This document shows positions 12,119-21,940 of a stretch of 64,000 nt of DNA, in pieces (position 1 is the first letter of the stretch; each line of letters begins with the position of its first letter). The DNA is taken from contig CDRNVI010000080.1 in assembly GCA_977017575.1 (NCBI GenBank), positions 62,001-126,000 on the forward strand, read 5' to 3'. A model generated the notes under the pieces. It did not search any database and was not told the origin of the DNA. It saw only the letters and a program-made list of their open reading frames with translations. A program made the translations under genes and the position numbers. Source of the stretch: Paramoeba atlantica. Taxonomy: Eukaryota; Protista; Discosea.

Positions 12119-13572
12119 ACCCAGAAAACACCAAAGGACATGACAAGAAAACTAAATCAGCTGTTTACATACTAAAACGTCAATTACAAGGTAGGTTCCC
12201 CTTGCACATCGGTAAGATCACGCTAGACAGCGATAACATTATAGGCGAACCGAATCCCGAACCTATCTACGTGCATAATTCAACGGACATTGCTAACATT
12301 GCAACGAAGAAAATTGAAGACACAAACAATCAGTCTATGTCTCGAGGGCAGCTCACACGACCACCGAGCGTGCGAGCGTATAAAAATCAGGGAATAATAG
12401 CTCCTATCACAACCACAAGACTGTCATATTCTATACTGAACAATATGAATGACGATGGCAGCCTAGACTTTTTACATCTACTACAGAACGTCAACGCCTT
12501 TCACGCGCACATGCTGCGTGCACCTAAAGGCAATCGACCAGTGTCTCGATTTATGAGACATCATTTACCAGACTTATTACGCATGGGGGTTGTAGAGAAG
12601 ACCGAAGGACCGATAGTAGTACATCGTACCTTTACAGTTCCGAAGAAAGACTCCACACTTCGTCTAATCTGCGATTGTAGGAAACTCAACCGAGTTTTCG
12701 AATGCCCCCCCGCAATGCACCTACCATCCATACATAACGTGATTGAAAATCTGCTAGATTCGGAATGGATGGCCCACGCGGACGCACGGAGTTACTTTTA
12801 CCAATTCTCCCTCGCTCCCGAGATCCGATCCTACTTTGGAGCGGTTTTAGGTCACGCTAGAGGAGAAACATGCAGTATTCAATTTTCTTCCATGCCCATG
12901 GGATGGTCATGGGCCCCGGCTATTGCACAGCGAGTTTCAAATCGCATTGTCCGGGACATTGGATTGGCCTGGGTAGACAATTTTCTTTTGTTCGGAAAAT
13001 CCAAGTCAGAAGTAGAAAACCATGCAAAAGAATTTCGCGCCCGAGTCCACGCAGTTCAACTAGAAGTAGATGATCTCACCATGAAGCCACTACAGCAAGC
13101 GTGCGTACTTGGTATTGAATTTGATCTAAAAAATAAGAAGTACCGCATGTCAGAAAAGTGGACTGAAAAGGCGTATTCAAGATACAATGACATAATCGGG
13201 AATGGGACGTGGACAGCTGTGGAACTGTATACGCTTTCTGGTTTACTAATGTGGAGGGCCACGGTTATGAAAATCCCACTATGCACTTTTGCACACCTTC
13301 TTCAAACACTAGGAAAAGTTGCCAGAAAAGTGCACGACGAAAAGTCTTGGGAGATCTCCTTCTCTCCGACCGACCACCTGTTAGGCGAACTGACTGATGC
13401 ATTTTCCGCACTCAAGCGAAATGTTTGGTTAAAAAAGATAGGTCATATACCCAAAGAAGAAAAGGTGGAAGTTTGGACTGATGCCAGTTCAATCGCATGG
13501 GCTATTCTGTTGTTCAATCAAGGCATTCTCGAAACTGCAAAACAGGGCATGACAAAGCCCGGAGCCCATTAA
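11347..13572 (+). pseudogene. RT/RNase H of element 1, 5' part (cut by insertion of element 2)
   Basis: FTVPKKDSTLRLICDCR, DARSYFYQF, MPMGWSWAP, WVDN, WTDAS; the stop TAA is supplied by element 2. Confidence 0.9.
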
Positions 13573-13748
13573 TAGTCCACGTTTTGAAATTTAGCCGAGG
13601 GGCTGTTATGTATTTGCCTGCTGGCCCTTCGGGGCACATAGTTTCTTCGAATTATGATTTGTATTCAGAATTTTACATGGGATGGGTATTTACTATTATC
13701 TTATATATCCTTGTTAGGTTGTTATTTTACTTTGCTTTAAGTTTTTGT
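13570..13748 (+). repeat. Split direct repeat A1
   Basis: Identical by eye to 21024-21202. Confidence 0.95.
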
Positions 13749-13754
13749 TTAAGA

Positions 13755-15155
13755 ATGAGATCCCAACGTTTGCGGGCTCCTCAGGAGCCGAGCCAGGACC
13801 GTGATCGCTCTCCAAAGCGTGACCGGGCGCCAACACCGGTTGAAACCTCCTCTTTTGCCCGTTCGAAACGCCAGTCTCTTTCATGTCCTCCCGTGCGCCC
13901 CCCTCTCCCTCCTCTTCCCACGCAGCCGGCTCCGCAGGTATCAGCGCGACCTCCTCCTGTTCCCCCTACCCCTGGACCGGCGCGTCGCAAGGTACGCCCT
14001 TCAGGAAGAGCACTCAGCCCCGCCCGCGAACCGCCTAGCCCTCTCCCTTCCAACCTCCCCAGTTTGCCGGCGAGCTCCCTCCCTAGCCCGTATCCATTTC
14101 CGCTGGAGGCTCCGGAGCCCCATGTTCGACGTAGAGGAACCCTCAACCCTGACCAGGTTGAGGCTTCTCGCTCGCCGCGCCGTTACGAGGCCCTCGACCT
14201 TGACCACGTCGGGATGCCTCAGCGTTCACGCTGTGATGCGCGTGGGATCATGACACAATCTAGCAAAGAAGAATTCATCACGAAAGTGATTGAGCTTCTG
14301 CGCAAAGACTATGAGGTCACCGTTGAAGCTGTATGGTCTCTTCCCCGGGATGGCCTACGGCAGACGGTTATAGGGTTGGTGCATATGACGCATCCAAAGG
14401 ACCCTGAATCAACTGAGTTGTTCGCCGAGTGGGATGGGGACAAGAACACTGCCTACCGTTTTCCCCATCCCGAGATCAACTACCACTCTTTGGAACTGGC
14501 CCATGTTCGGGCGCAGATGCCGGGTGGGAAACCAGTTGAAGATCTGATCCCCACGTTTGAACGCGTCCGTATTACGGACCCGAAAGGCTTCTCCCCCTAC
14601 GATCCGGTTACTTGGCAACCGTGGATCGACACGGATGATTTGTTCAAGCCACGTGAACTCATCCGTGAGCTGCGCGAAGCTCCGCAGCTTGGGGTACGCT
14701 TCAACCCGCCGCCGCAGCGTGAGCGCCTGTTCAAAATGTTAACTGAATGGGTGTACGCTGCGTGTAATACGGAGGGATGGCTAGAGAAGCACAACCTCGC
14801 CGTAGCCCTTCTCATCATCGAAGAGCTTCGCAACCATTATTGGGCTGCGGCGGGCGTTGCTGTCGAGCGTGTGCAACAGCGTTTGCACCGTGACGACGAT
14901 CCTCAGGACCGTTACGGTCAGCTCGTTGTGGATGAGCAACTGAGGGGCCGAACCGCTACGCGTGCTCCCCGACGACGCAGCCAAGGACCTTTCTGTTTTG
15001 GCTGCCATCAGCCAGGCCACCTACGATCGAACTGCCCCCAATCGTCCCAACAGCAGGGGGGGCAGTTCCGTACCCAGCGCACCCCGCAACAGGATTTTCG
15101 CGGCGGGGTGGTGGGCGGCGCCAACCGTTACGGCGCAACACGGGCTTTCCACTAG
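13755..15155 (+). CDS. Gag-like ORF1 of element 2 with CCHC zinc knuckle
   Basis: First ATG after A1 at 13755; Pro-rich N-terminus; CFGCHQPGHLRSNC. Confidence 0.88.
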   Translation: MRSQRLRAPQEPSQDRDRSPKRDRAPTPVETSSFARSKRQSLSCPPVRPPLPPLPTQPAPQVSARPPPVPPTPGPARRKVRPSGRALSPAREPPSPLPSNLPSLPASSLPSPYPFPLEAPEPHVRRRGTLNPDQVEASRSPRRYEALDLDHVGMPQRSRCDARGIMTQSSKEEFITKVIELLRKDYEVTVEAVWSLPRDGLRQTVIGLVHMTHPKDPESTELFAEWDGDKNTAYRFPHPEINYHSLELAHVRAQMPGGKPVEDLIPTFERVRITDPKGFSPYDPVTWQPWIDTDDLFKPRELIRELREAPQLGVRFNPPPQRERLFKMLTEWVYAACNTEGWLEKHNLAVALLIIEELRNHYWAAAGVAVERVQQRLHRDDDPQDRYGQLVVDEQLRGRTATRAPRRRSQGPFCFGCHQPGHLRSNCPQSSQQQGGQFRTQRTPQQDFRGGVVGGANRYGATRAFH

Positions 15156-15158
15156 GAA

Positions 15159-16331
15159 ATGCCCCCCACCCCAATCACTGCTCGTGCCCGTCGTCCCAGG
15201 CGACGACGGGTGGATTTTCATACACCTGTTCCCTCTCCGTCCCTCCGCCAGCGCGAAAGACGGCCACGCGTGCGTGGCAATACTCCTCCTCCACGCCCTC
15301 TCTCCCCGTTACGGCTACGACGTCGCAGCGTCTCACTTCCGGCACTTCCTCTCCCCCGGCTCACCGTTCCTCCCAAACCCGCCGCCGCCAAACCCGCCGC
15401 CGTCGTAACCGCCGACGCCGCACAGCCGCCAGGAAAACACCGCAAGCAGCTGCTCGAGGCCATTCTGAGGATGCCCGCCGACGATCCTCGCGCCACCCAG
15501 TTGGGCGAGGCGCTCCAGCCTATGTGGGCAACGGCCACGTGGGCCACAAGGGAGCGACTGTGGTTCCGCCTGCGCGAGTATTGCCAGGCGAAGGGAATCA
15601 CCGCGAATCCTGCAAACGCGGTGCTCTTCCTGGAGACTCTGCCTCTCGCTACCTCGACGCGCATGGGGTACGCAGGGGCATTGAGGACTCTGTTCGAGCT
15701 CATGGGAATCGAAGGTACCCCATTGAGTCTCTACGTAAAGGCCCTGCAAGCGCAGGGGGGGCTAGAACCCACGCGGCAGATGCTTCCAATCACGCCACTT
15801 CTTCTAAAGAAGCTGAGACGTCATCTCGACGTAAAGGAGAGCATGTGTTGCCTCCTGTGTTGGAAAGCCGCTGCGAGATGGACCGAGACCGCCGACCTGA
15901 GGCGGGAGCAGTTCGTGAGTGTGGCCAGTCACGAGGTAATCATTTATTGGGGCAGGGGGACCAAGACAACCCGTCTGAATCCTTACCGGCCGTACCTCTA
16001 CGCGATAGTGACTGGACCGGGGACACCCGAACTGGCTCAGTTTGTGGGAAGTTTGAGACCAGGCCAGCGCCTGTGTTACACGACGGTCCGGGAGATGGAC
16101 CACAGGATGAATCAACTTCTCGGTCCGGGGTATGGAACACATTCCATAAAAAGAGGTGCAATTACTTACCTATTCCACGAGATCTCCCTCGGGAATCTCA
16201 GGATGGAGGACGTCCAGAACCTCACGAAACACCTCAACGTCGAATCACTGTTGCGCTACAACGCAAGCAGTATTACAACGGCAAGGGCTCTCGGGACGCA
16301 GAGAGTCTCAGCACGTCTCCCAGTGCTGTAA
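15159..16331 (+). CDS. Tyrosine recombinase of element 2
   Basis: WKAAARWTET, HSIKRGA, TKHLNVESLLRY. Confidence 0.92.
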   Translation: MPPTPITARARRPRRRRVDFHTPVPSPSLRQRERRPRVRGNTPPPRPLSPLRLRRRSVSLPALPLPRLTVPPKPAAAKPAAVVTADAAQPPGKHRKQLLEAILRMPADDPRATQLGEALQPMWATATWATRERLWFRLREYCQAKGITANPANAVLFLETLPLATSTRMGYAGALRTLFELMGIEGTPLSLYVKALQAQGGLEPTRQMLPITPLLLKKLRRHLDVKESMCCLLCWKAAARWTETADLRREQFVSVASHEVIIYWGRGTKTTRLNPYRPYLYAIVTGPGTPELAQFVGSLRPGQRLCYTTVREMDHRMNQLLGPGYGTHSIKRGAITYLFHEISLGNLRMEDVQNLTKHLNVESLLRYNASSITTARALGTQRVSARLPVL

Positions 16332-18037
16332 CCTCGGAGCACGTGGCAAAGTGCTTCGAGGAAGTGCCTTACCTTCGCAGGCACTCCGTTGTTTGTGCAC
16401 GCCGCTCTTCACGGCTAGCCAAGGCACACGACGCTCACCTACCTTTGCACGTTAAGAAGTCGATACCTGTTATCCATTTGGATCAGGTTAAGGAGTGGAT
16501 GAGTATGTCAGCTGCCACTCGTTTTCGCAAGGTAGTGGATGAATTATTATGGGTACCTAAAGCCCCGTACCCCGAACCTAGTGTGAAAGGTTCATTGCCT
16601 GAGGCGGACGTCCGATTGTTGGAGGACGCAGGCATAATCTCTAAGGTCCCGGCGCAGGAGTTGAGAAAGCGCCCATCGATGCAGTTCATGATTCCCTTCA
16701 CGGTTGTGGAGACCGATGATGAGGGCAATCAGCGCAGAAGATTTATTTCATGGACAAGGGACGATAACGATAGATTAAAATCATATGAACCAAAGGTCCC
16801 ATTATATCATCCCTCCAAGTATCTTCATAAGGCGCACGAGCCGATGGCTGTGAAGCGGGACTTCACATGCGGGTTTTACCAGATTGGTATCCCGAAGAGG
16901 GCGCGGCCCAAATTCCGCCTTAGAACGAACAGTGGAGACGTGTATGAGATGAACGTCCTCCCGATGGGCCATAGGTGTGCACCGGAGGTTATGCACACGG
17001 TTACCGCCGCGATTGCTGGCGAGGCGTCGATTTGTTCTCAGCGCTATTCGTTTCACCGAGGCGCTATCGACGTTTATGTTGACGGAGTTCGGTTTGCAGG
17101 AACCGACTCCGAGGCCACCACGTACGCTCAATTCATTGACGAGCGTTGCGACAAAGCGAACGGTCTTTTCAAAGATCGGGGTCAGCCCCCTGTAGCACAG
17201 TACGTGTTCAATGGGGTGGCGTTCGACCATAACGCGCATACGGTCTGCCTGGGGCCGCGAGTGATCAGGAAACTGCGAGCCGACTCTTTCTTCAACATTT
17301 CCTTTGTTGACCTAGAGGCGGTGGTGGGGCGCCTCATTTATGGCTCCGCAGTTCTCCGACTCAATATGCCGCGATTTTATTTCGCTTTGAAGGTGGCGCA
17401 ACGGCGTATCAACTTGTTGAACCGTTGCCCGAAGTTATGTGACCGTCCGGTCGCACTCCCTGTCGTCACTCGCTCCATGCTAGCAGAGTGGAGAAACGAG
17501 TTGTTGGAGAATGTTCCACGGTCTCCACCTCCCCATCCCGATGTTGTTCCACACAAGCATCGTCTCTACACCGATGCCTCGGTGAAAGGGTGGGGAGCGA
17601 TTATGTATTTAGACAGCGGAGAGGTTTTGATTACGGGAGAGGCGTGGCCTGAGTCATCCTCGTATGAGGTGAATCGTGCGGAAGCTGCAGCAGTCCGCTT
17701 CGCCCTCGAGAAGTTTTCCGCGCATTGCCCCCGTGGAACCTGCTTGGATGTTTTTGTTGATAACACCTCCTGTCAGGCTGCACTGAACAGGAGGATCTCC
17801 AAGTCAGAGGGGGTTTCAATGGAATTGCGCGAAGTCCTGCGACTGACAGAGGAGAAAGGTATTTGTGTCAAGGCAGCGTACATATCCACGGATGAGAACC
17901 CGGCGGATGCTGTCAGTCGCGGGAAGGAGATTGAGAGAGAGAAGGTTGAGAAATATAAAGGCAACATCGACAAATACAGCGATAATCAGCATCATCATAT
18001 TGGTAAGCTAGACAGTCATATTGAAGGAAAACCCTAG
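15524..18037 (+). CDS. RT/RNase H of element 2 (last ~27 codons supplied by inserted module)
   Basis: DFTCGFYQI, LPMGHRCAP, YVDG, YTDAS, AEAAA, VDN, NPADAVSR; true start uncertain. Confidence 0.9.
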   Translation: MGNGHVGHKGATVVPPARVLPGEGNHRESCKRGALPGDSASRYLDAHGVRRGIEDSVRAHGNRRYPIESLRKGPASAGGARTHAADASNHATSSKEAETSSRRKGEHVLPPVLESRCEMDRDRRPEAGAVRECGQSRGNHLLGQGDQDNPSESLPAVPLRDSDWTGDTRTGSVCGKFETRPAPVLHDGPGDGPQDESTSRSGVWNTFHKKRCNYLPIPRDLPRESQDGGRPEPHETPQRRITVALQRKQYYNGKGSRDAESLSTSPSAVTSEHVAKCFEEVPYLRRHSVVCARRSSRLAKAHDAHLPLHVKKSIPVIHLDQVKEWMSMSAATRFRKVVDELLWVPKAPYPEPSVKGSLPEADVRLLEDAGIISKVPAQELRKRPSMQFMIPFTVVETDDEGNQRRRFISWTRDDNDRLKSYEPKVPLYHPSKYLHKAHEPMAVKRDFTCGFYQIGIPKRARPKFRLRTNSGDVYEMNVLPMGHRCAPEVMHTVTAAIAGEASICSQRYSFHRGAIDVYVDGVRFAGTDSEATTYAQFIDERCDKANGLFKDRGQPPVAQYVFNGVAFDHNAHTVCLGPRVIRKLRADSFFNISFVDLEAVVGRLIYGSAVLRLNMPRFYFALKVAQRRINLLNRCPKLCDRPVALPVVTRSMLAEWRNELLENVPRSPPPHPDVVPHKHRLYTDASVKGWGAIMYLDSGEVLITGEAWPESSSYEVNRAEAAAVRFALEKFSAHCPRGTCLDVFVDNTSCQAALNRRISKSEGVSMELREVLRLTEEKGICVKAAYISTDENPADAVSRGKEIEREKVEKYKGNIDKYSDNQHHHIGKLDSHIEGKP

Positions 18038-18124
18038 GGGACAGGATCACCAAATACAAAAAAAAAAAGACAAGAAAAAAAGAAAAAAAACAAAGACAAG
18101 AAAAAAAAGAAAAAAAAAAAAAAA
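17954..18124 (+). mobile_element. Short A-tailed module M1
   Basis: Homologous to 20165-20349; shares CCCTAGGGGACAGGATCACCAAATAC and an interrupted A-rich tail. Confidence 0.75.
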
Positions 18125-18162
18125 AACTTTAACGATAAAGATACAGTTTCTGTACCTTGTTG
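18125..18162 (+). other. Spliced-leader-like exon sequence (not an SL RNA gene)
   Basis: AACTTTAACGATAAAGATACAGTTTCTGTACCTTGTTG: 38 nt with the kinetoplastid SL core ATACAGTTTCTGTAC and TTG end; followed by AATT, not a GT donor. Confidence 0.85.
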
Positions 18163-18208
18163 AATTATTTTCCTTATTTCATCTTTTTCCAGGTACGCGG
18201 TTCCTTCC

Positions 18209-20242
18209 ATGACAAGCCAAAAGTCTTTCCTTGAAGAAGAAAAAAGGCACACACTTGGTTCCTGGGATCAATTCGAGGGTAACAAACATTTAATATCCGG
18301 CCCCAGCACCTACAACGAACTTGCCTACACCACCGAGATCCCTGCGCACGTTCCATCCGAATGGACCAGACGAACGGAAGCAGCATGTGCCACGTTGGTT
18401 GTCGAGGGGGGGACGCCCGACATGGGAATCGAATTAGGGGAGTGTGAAGAGTCAAACCACGCCAGCGTTCAGCGACAACCTCCCGATAGTTCCTCAGTTC
18501 GCCGTTTTCCAACGACACCCAGAAAAACGAATAGTATGTCACAGGACTCCATCGTTCTCCGAGGGGAGCTGAAAGGATACAGAAAAACGCCAGTTGGCCG
18601 ACGAGCCCCCGAGAAACATACCTCTAAGGGTAGAAAACCGGCACCTGATAAGGAAGTTCTACCTGCAATGGATCTTGATGAAGCATGTTTGACACAGCCA
18701 TCCGCAACTCAAACACAATCAGCCGCCGCCGAACCACCGAATCACTCTCCCTCTCACGATGAAACTGTACCTTATTTCCAATCATCACAACAACGAAGAG
18801 CCTGCCCAGCACCCGGCTGCAATTGGGACGCGCCATCACACGGTGGAAGTTGGCAAGCATACTTCAACCACATTGCCTCGCAACATGGAGACAGTGTTCC
18901 GGATTCATGGTGGAGAGAAGAAGGCCGTTTCCGATGCCACGCATGCAATCGCCACTACGACTTAGGGAAAGAACACTCACACTCGAAGAGCTGTAAAATC
19001 GCACCTCACATCCCTTGCCAAGAGGAGGTGAACCCACAAGCTGTAAACCCGACACAAGAGAACGACGCCATCGAATATCTTCCAACATTGGCCGAGATTA
19101 GTGCTCTCCCTCGCGCAACTTGCAAGGATATTCCTCACCGGTGTCGGCTACAGTGGGCACGTGTCCTCACGACTACCCTTAAGGAGGCCCTGGGTAGCAC
19201 TGGTGTAGGAGGATGGGCTAAGCTCGCAATGCTCCCAAAGTGCACCCTAGCAGCACCCCGAAGGGGCGGGCGCAAAGGGCACATGTCTTACGCGTCACAT
19301 GTAAGTAACTGCCTCGAACGCTGGGAGAAGGGAGACGTCTCCGGCCTCTGGAAAAAACTAATTGTTGAACAAGAGAAAAGGTCGCCTCGCAAAGAACCTG
19401 ACGAGCATTCACTTGAGGAAGAGATGCGAAAGGCCAACCTACGCGCCGAGCTTTTAGTTCGACAAGGCGAATTTTCACGGGGATTGGCAGCACTTACTGC
19501 GGATCCTCTCGCACCAGATAACGACGACACTCTTTCCCAGCTCCTGCTTAAACACCCCACCCGTCACACCACTGAGCCGCCCGTAGATATGCCTCCCCTA
19601 GGCCCGAGGGTGCTTACACTAGGAGAAACGGATGTACGAAACGCACTAAAAGGTTTTCACCGAGGGTCATCCAGCGGGGCTATGGGGCTGCGGGCAGAAC
19701 ACCTTCAAGCTGCACTACTCGTCAATGAAGATCTCGACGTCACACCGCTCTCTGCACTAACAGCTCTCACGAATCACCTCCTCGAAGGCAAAGCACCGTT
19801 GGACGTGCAAGAAGCGTTTGCTGGCGCGCGACTGTGTGCACTCAGAAAAGGGGAGAGTGGTGTACGACCGATAGCTGCCGGGGAGACATTACGCCGTTTG
19901 ACTAGCAAAGCAGCATGTCTAGCAGTACGAACGAAGGCACGTGAACTTTTCGCCGGAACACAATTTGGGGTAGCCACACCTGCTGGAGCTGAGCGTCTAA
20001 TTCACCTTTGTCGAAAAACAATGCACGAAAATTCTGAGAACTCCGATTTCGTCCTCTGTAAAGTAGATCTGAAGAACGCGTTCAACAATGTTTCTCGTGC
20101 CGCCTTCATTGCGTTGACACGACATTACTTTCCAGAGCTTTCACGCTGGGTGGAGTGGTGCTACTATAGAGGAACGATCGCGAAATACATTAATCATAAT
20201 CACAGTGGTAAGGTAGACAGTCATTTTGAGGAAAAACCCTAG
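18209..20242 (+). pseudogene. CRE/SLACS-clade non-LTR ORF, truncated in RT
   Basis: Zinc fingers CPAPGC..H..H and CHAC..H..C; GEFSRG, GLRAEHL, VRPIAAGETLRRL, QFGV, DLKNAFN; stops before the QGD and YxDD motifs. Confidence 0.88.
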
Positions 20243-20349
20243 GGGACAGGATCACCAAATACAAAAAAAAAAAAGGACAAGAAAAAAAAGAAAAAAAAAA
20301 CAAAGACAAGAAAAAAAGGAAAAAAAACAAAAAAAAAAAAAAAAAAAAA
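20165..20349 (+). mobile_element. Short A-tailed module M2
   Basis: Homologous to M1; tail ends at 20349 and element-2 sequence appears to resume. Confidence 0.75.
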
Positions 20350-20790
20350 GCGGACGGGGTCCTGGGGTATGGAGGTTGTCCCTATAATTTTGGAAGGTTA
20401 TGGATGTTAATCGGTTAACAGCTCTTTATTCTCACGCCTTGTTTTTTCGGAAGCAAGGTTCCCCAATGTGAGGTAGAGATGAGTAAAGGTTTCCTTTGCT
20501 CTGCGGTTAGCGCCTTAATGTTTTTTAGCCGCGTCACTGTTGACACGGCCCTACGCATCACGCCTAGTTGCTCCACACTTCTAGGTACACAAGTTGGTCT
20601 AGGGCAGAGGTTAAAAGCGTAACCTGCGTAGCTCGTGTGAGCTTGTAAAGGGCGTGGCAGTGGACTGGTCATCTATTGCTATCGTTATCCTTTTGTGAGT
20701 TCTGGGATGGTATATGAAAAATTATTTTACTATGTGATTGGGCATTTCTTTGGTTATTTATATTGATTGTGTGACGTGTGTGTGGGCAGG

Positions 20791-21459
20791 TTGGCCGAGG
20801 GTTCCGGTGGGGGGGAATCCCGTTAACAACGTGACACATTATTATTGGTTTTATGCAGGCTTTCTTTTGAACTATGTTTGTGCATGTGAATTCTATCTAT
20901 ATATCGTATTATGTGTTCTTTGATTTTGGGACGATTTGGAAGTGTGATTATATTAGTCATAGGTATTTACTTATATTTGTTTGTTACTTATAAGTTTCAT
21001 GGAGCCCCCTCGGCGTGGATTTCTAATAGTCCACGTTTTGAAATTTAGCCGAGGGGCTGTTATGTATTTGCCTGCTGGCCCTTCGGGGCACATAGTTTCT
21101 TCGAATTATGATTTGTATTCAGAATTTTACATGGGATGGGTATTTACTATTATCTTATATATCCTTGTTAGGTTGTTATTTTACTTTGCTTTAAGTTTTT
21201 GTGCCCACCCACCAAGACCCAGCCATTTGGCCGAGGGTTCCGGTGGGGGGGAATCCCGTTAACAACGTGACACATTATTATTGGTTTTATGCAGGCTTTC
21301 TTTTGAACTATGTTTGTGCATGTGAATTCTATCTATATATCGTATTATGTGTTCTTTGATTTTGGGACGATTTGGAAGTGTGATTATATTAGTCATAGGT
21401 ATTTACTTATATTTGTTTGTTACTTATAAGTTTCATGGAGCCCCCTCGGCGTGGATTTC
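20791..21459 (+). repeat. Split direct repeats B1-A2-(24 bp spacer)-B2
   Basis: Direct sequence comparison. Confidence 0.95.
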
Positions 21460-21762
21460 ATATTCTACTCAGAGCTGAGTGCGGCTCTTGGTGGAATTAT
21501 GGCAGCAGTCAGAAAAGGACATCGGGACATTCTATTGAACGTCGACAACGCGCCTGTGGCCATGGCCCTCCAGAGGCGGGCAAGCACTAACTTCACTGCC
21601 AATAGGTGGATGCAGTACATCCCATCAAACACTAACCTGGAAGTAAAGTGGGTACCTACCAACGCCCAAATAGCAGATCCCTTCACGAGAAAATCCAGCG
21701 CTGAAGACTTGACACCACTGCCCTCCATCGGTACTTATATTGAGAGCCTACGGCGCCCGTAG
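21460..21762 (+). pseudogene. RNase H 3' part of element 1
   Basis: IFYSEL, VDN, QIADPFTR; continues ...PGAH in frame after removal of 13570-21459. Confidence 0.9.
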
Positions 21763-21940
21763 GGAATTCCGTATTTTCAAAGCAAACCATACTTAGCCCT
21801 CATCTAGTTTGCCCATTAGAAGAAAATAGAAGAACGTATAGCACATGGAATGAGTCTAATATTTAATGAGTTACACTTCGGCAAGAATTGAAGAGTTTTG
21901 TTTATCCTATTTTCTAAAACAGACGAAATTAAAATGTATG

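Larger units (their letters stand above)
13570..21459 (+). mobile_element. Tyrosine-recombinase retrotransposon 2 with split direct repeats A1...B1-A2-B2
   Basis: A1 13570-13748 = A2 21024-21202 (179 bp); B1 20791-21023 = B2 21227-21459 (233 bp); no TSD. Confidence 0.95.
9853..21940 (+). mobile_element. Tyrosine-recombinase retrotransposon 1 (gag-YR-RT/RH order, VIPER/TATE-like), interrupted at 13570-21459
   Basis: ORFs 10118, 10970, 11347 plus RNase H tail at 21460-21762 that rejoins in frame; both ends abut C-rich array; termini approximate. Confidence 0.88.

Noticed and set aside
17954-18124. Module M as retrocopied edited mitochondrial mRNA or guide RNA
   Set aside because: Reverse strand is U-rich but gives no recognisable mitochondrial protein; M1 and M2 differ by ordinary substitutions; no oligo(U) tail in gRNA orientation.
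18125-18200. Functional SL RNA gene
   Set aside because: Exon is followed by AATT rather than a GT donor, is preceded by an A tail, and no SL intron is recognisable.
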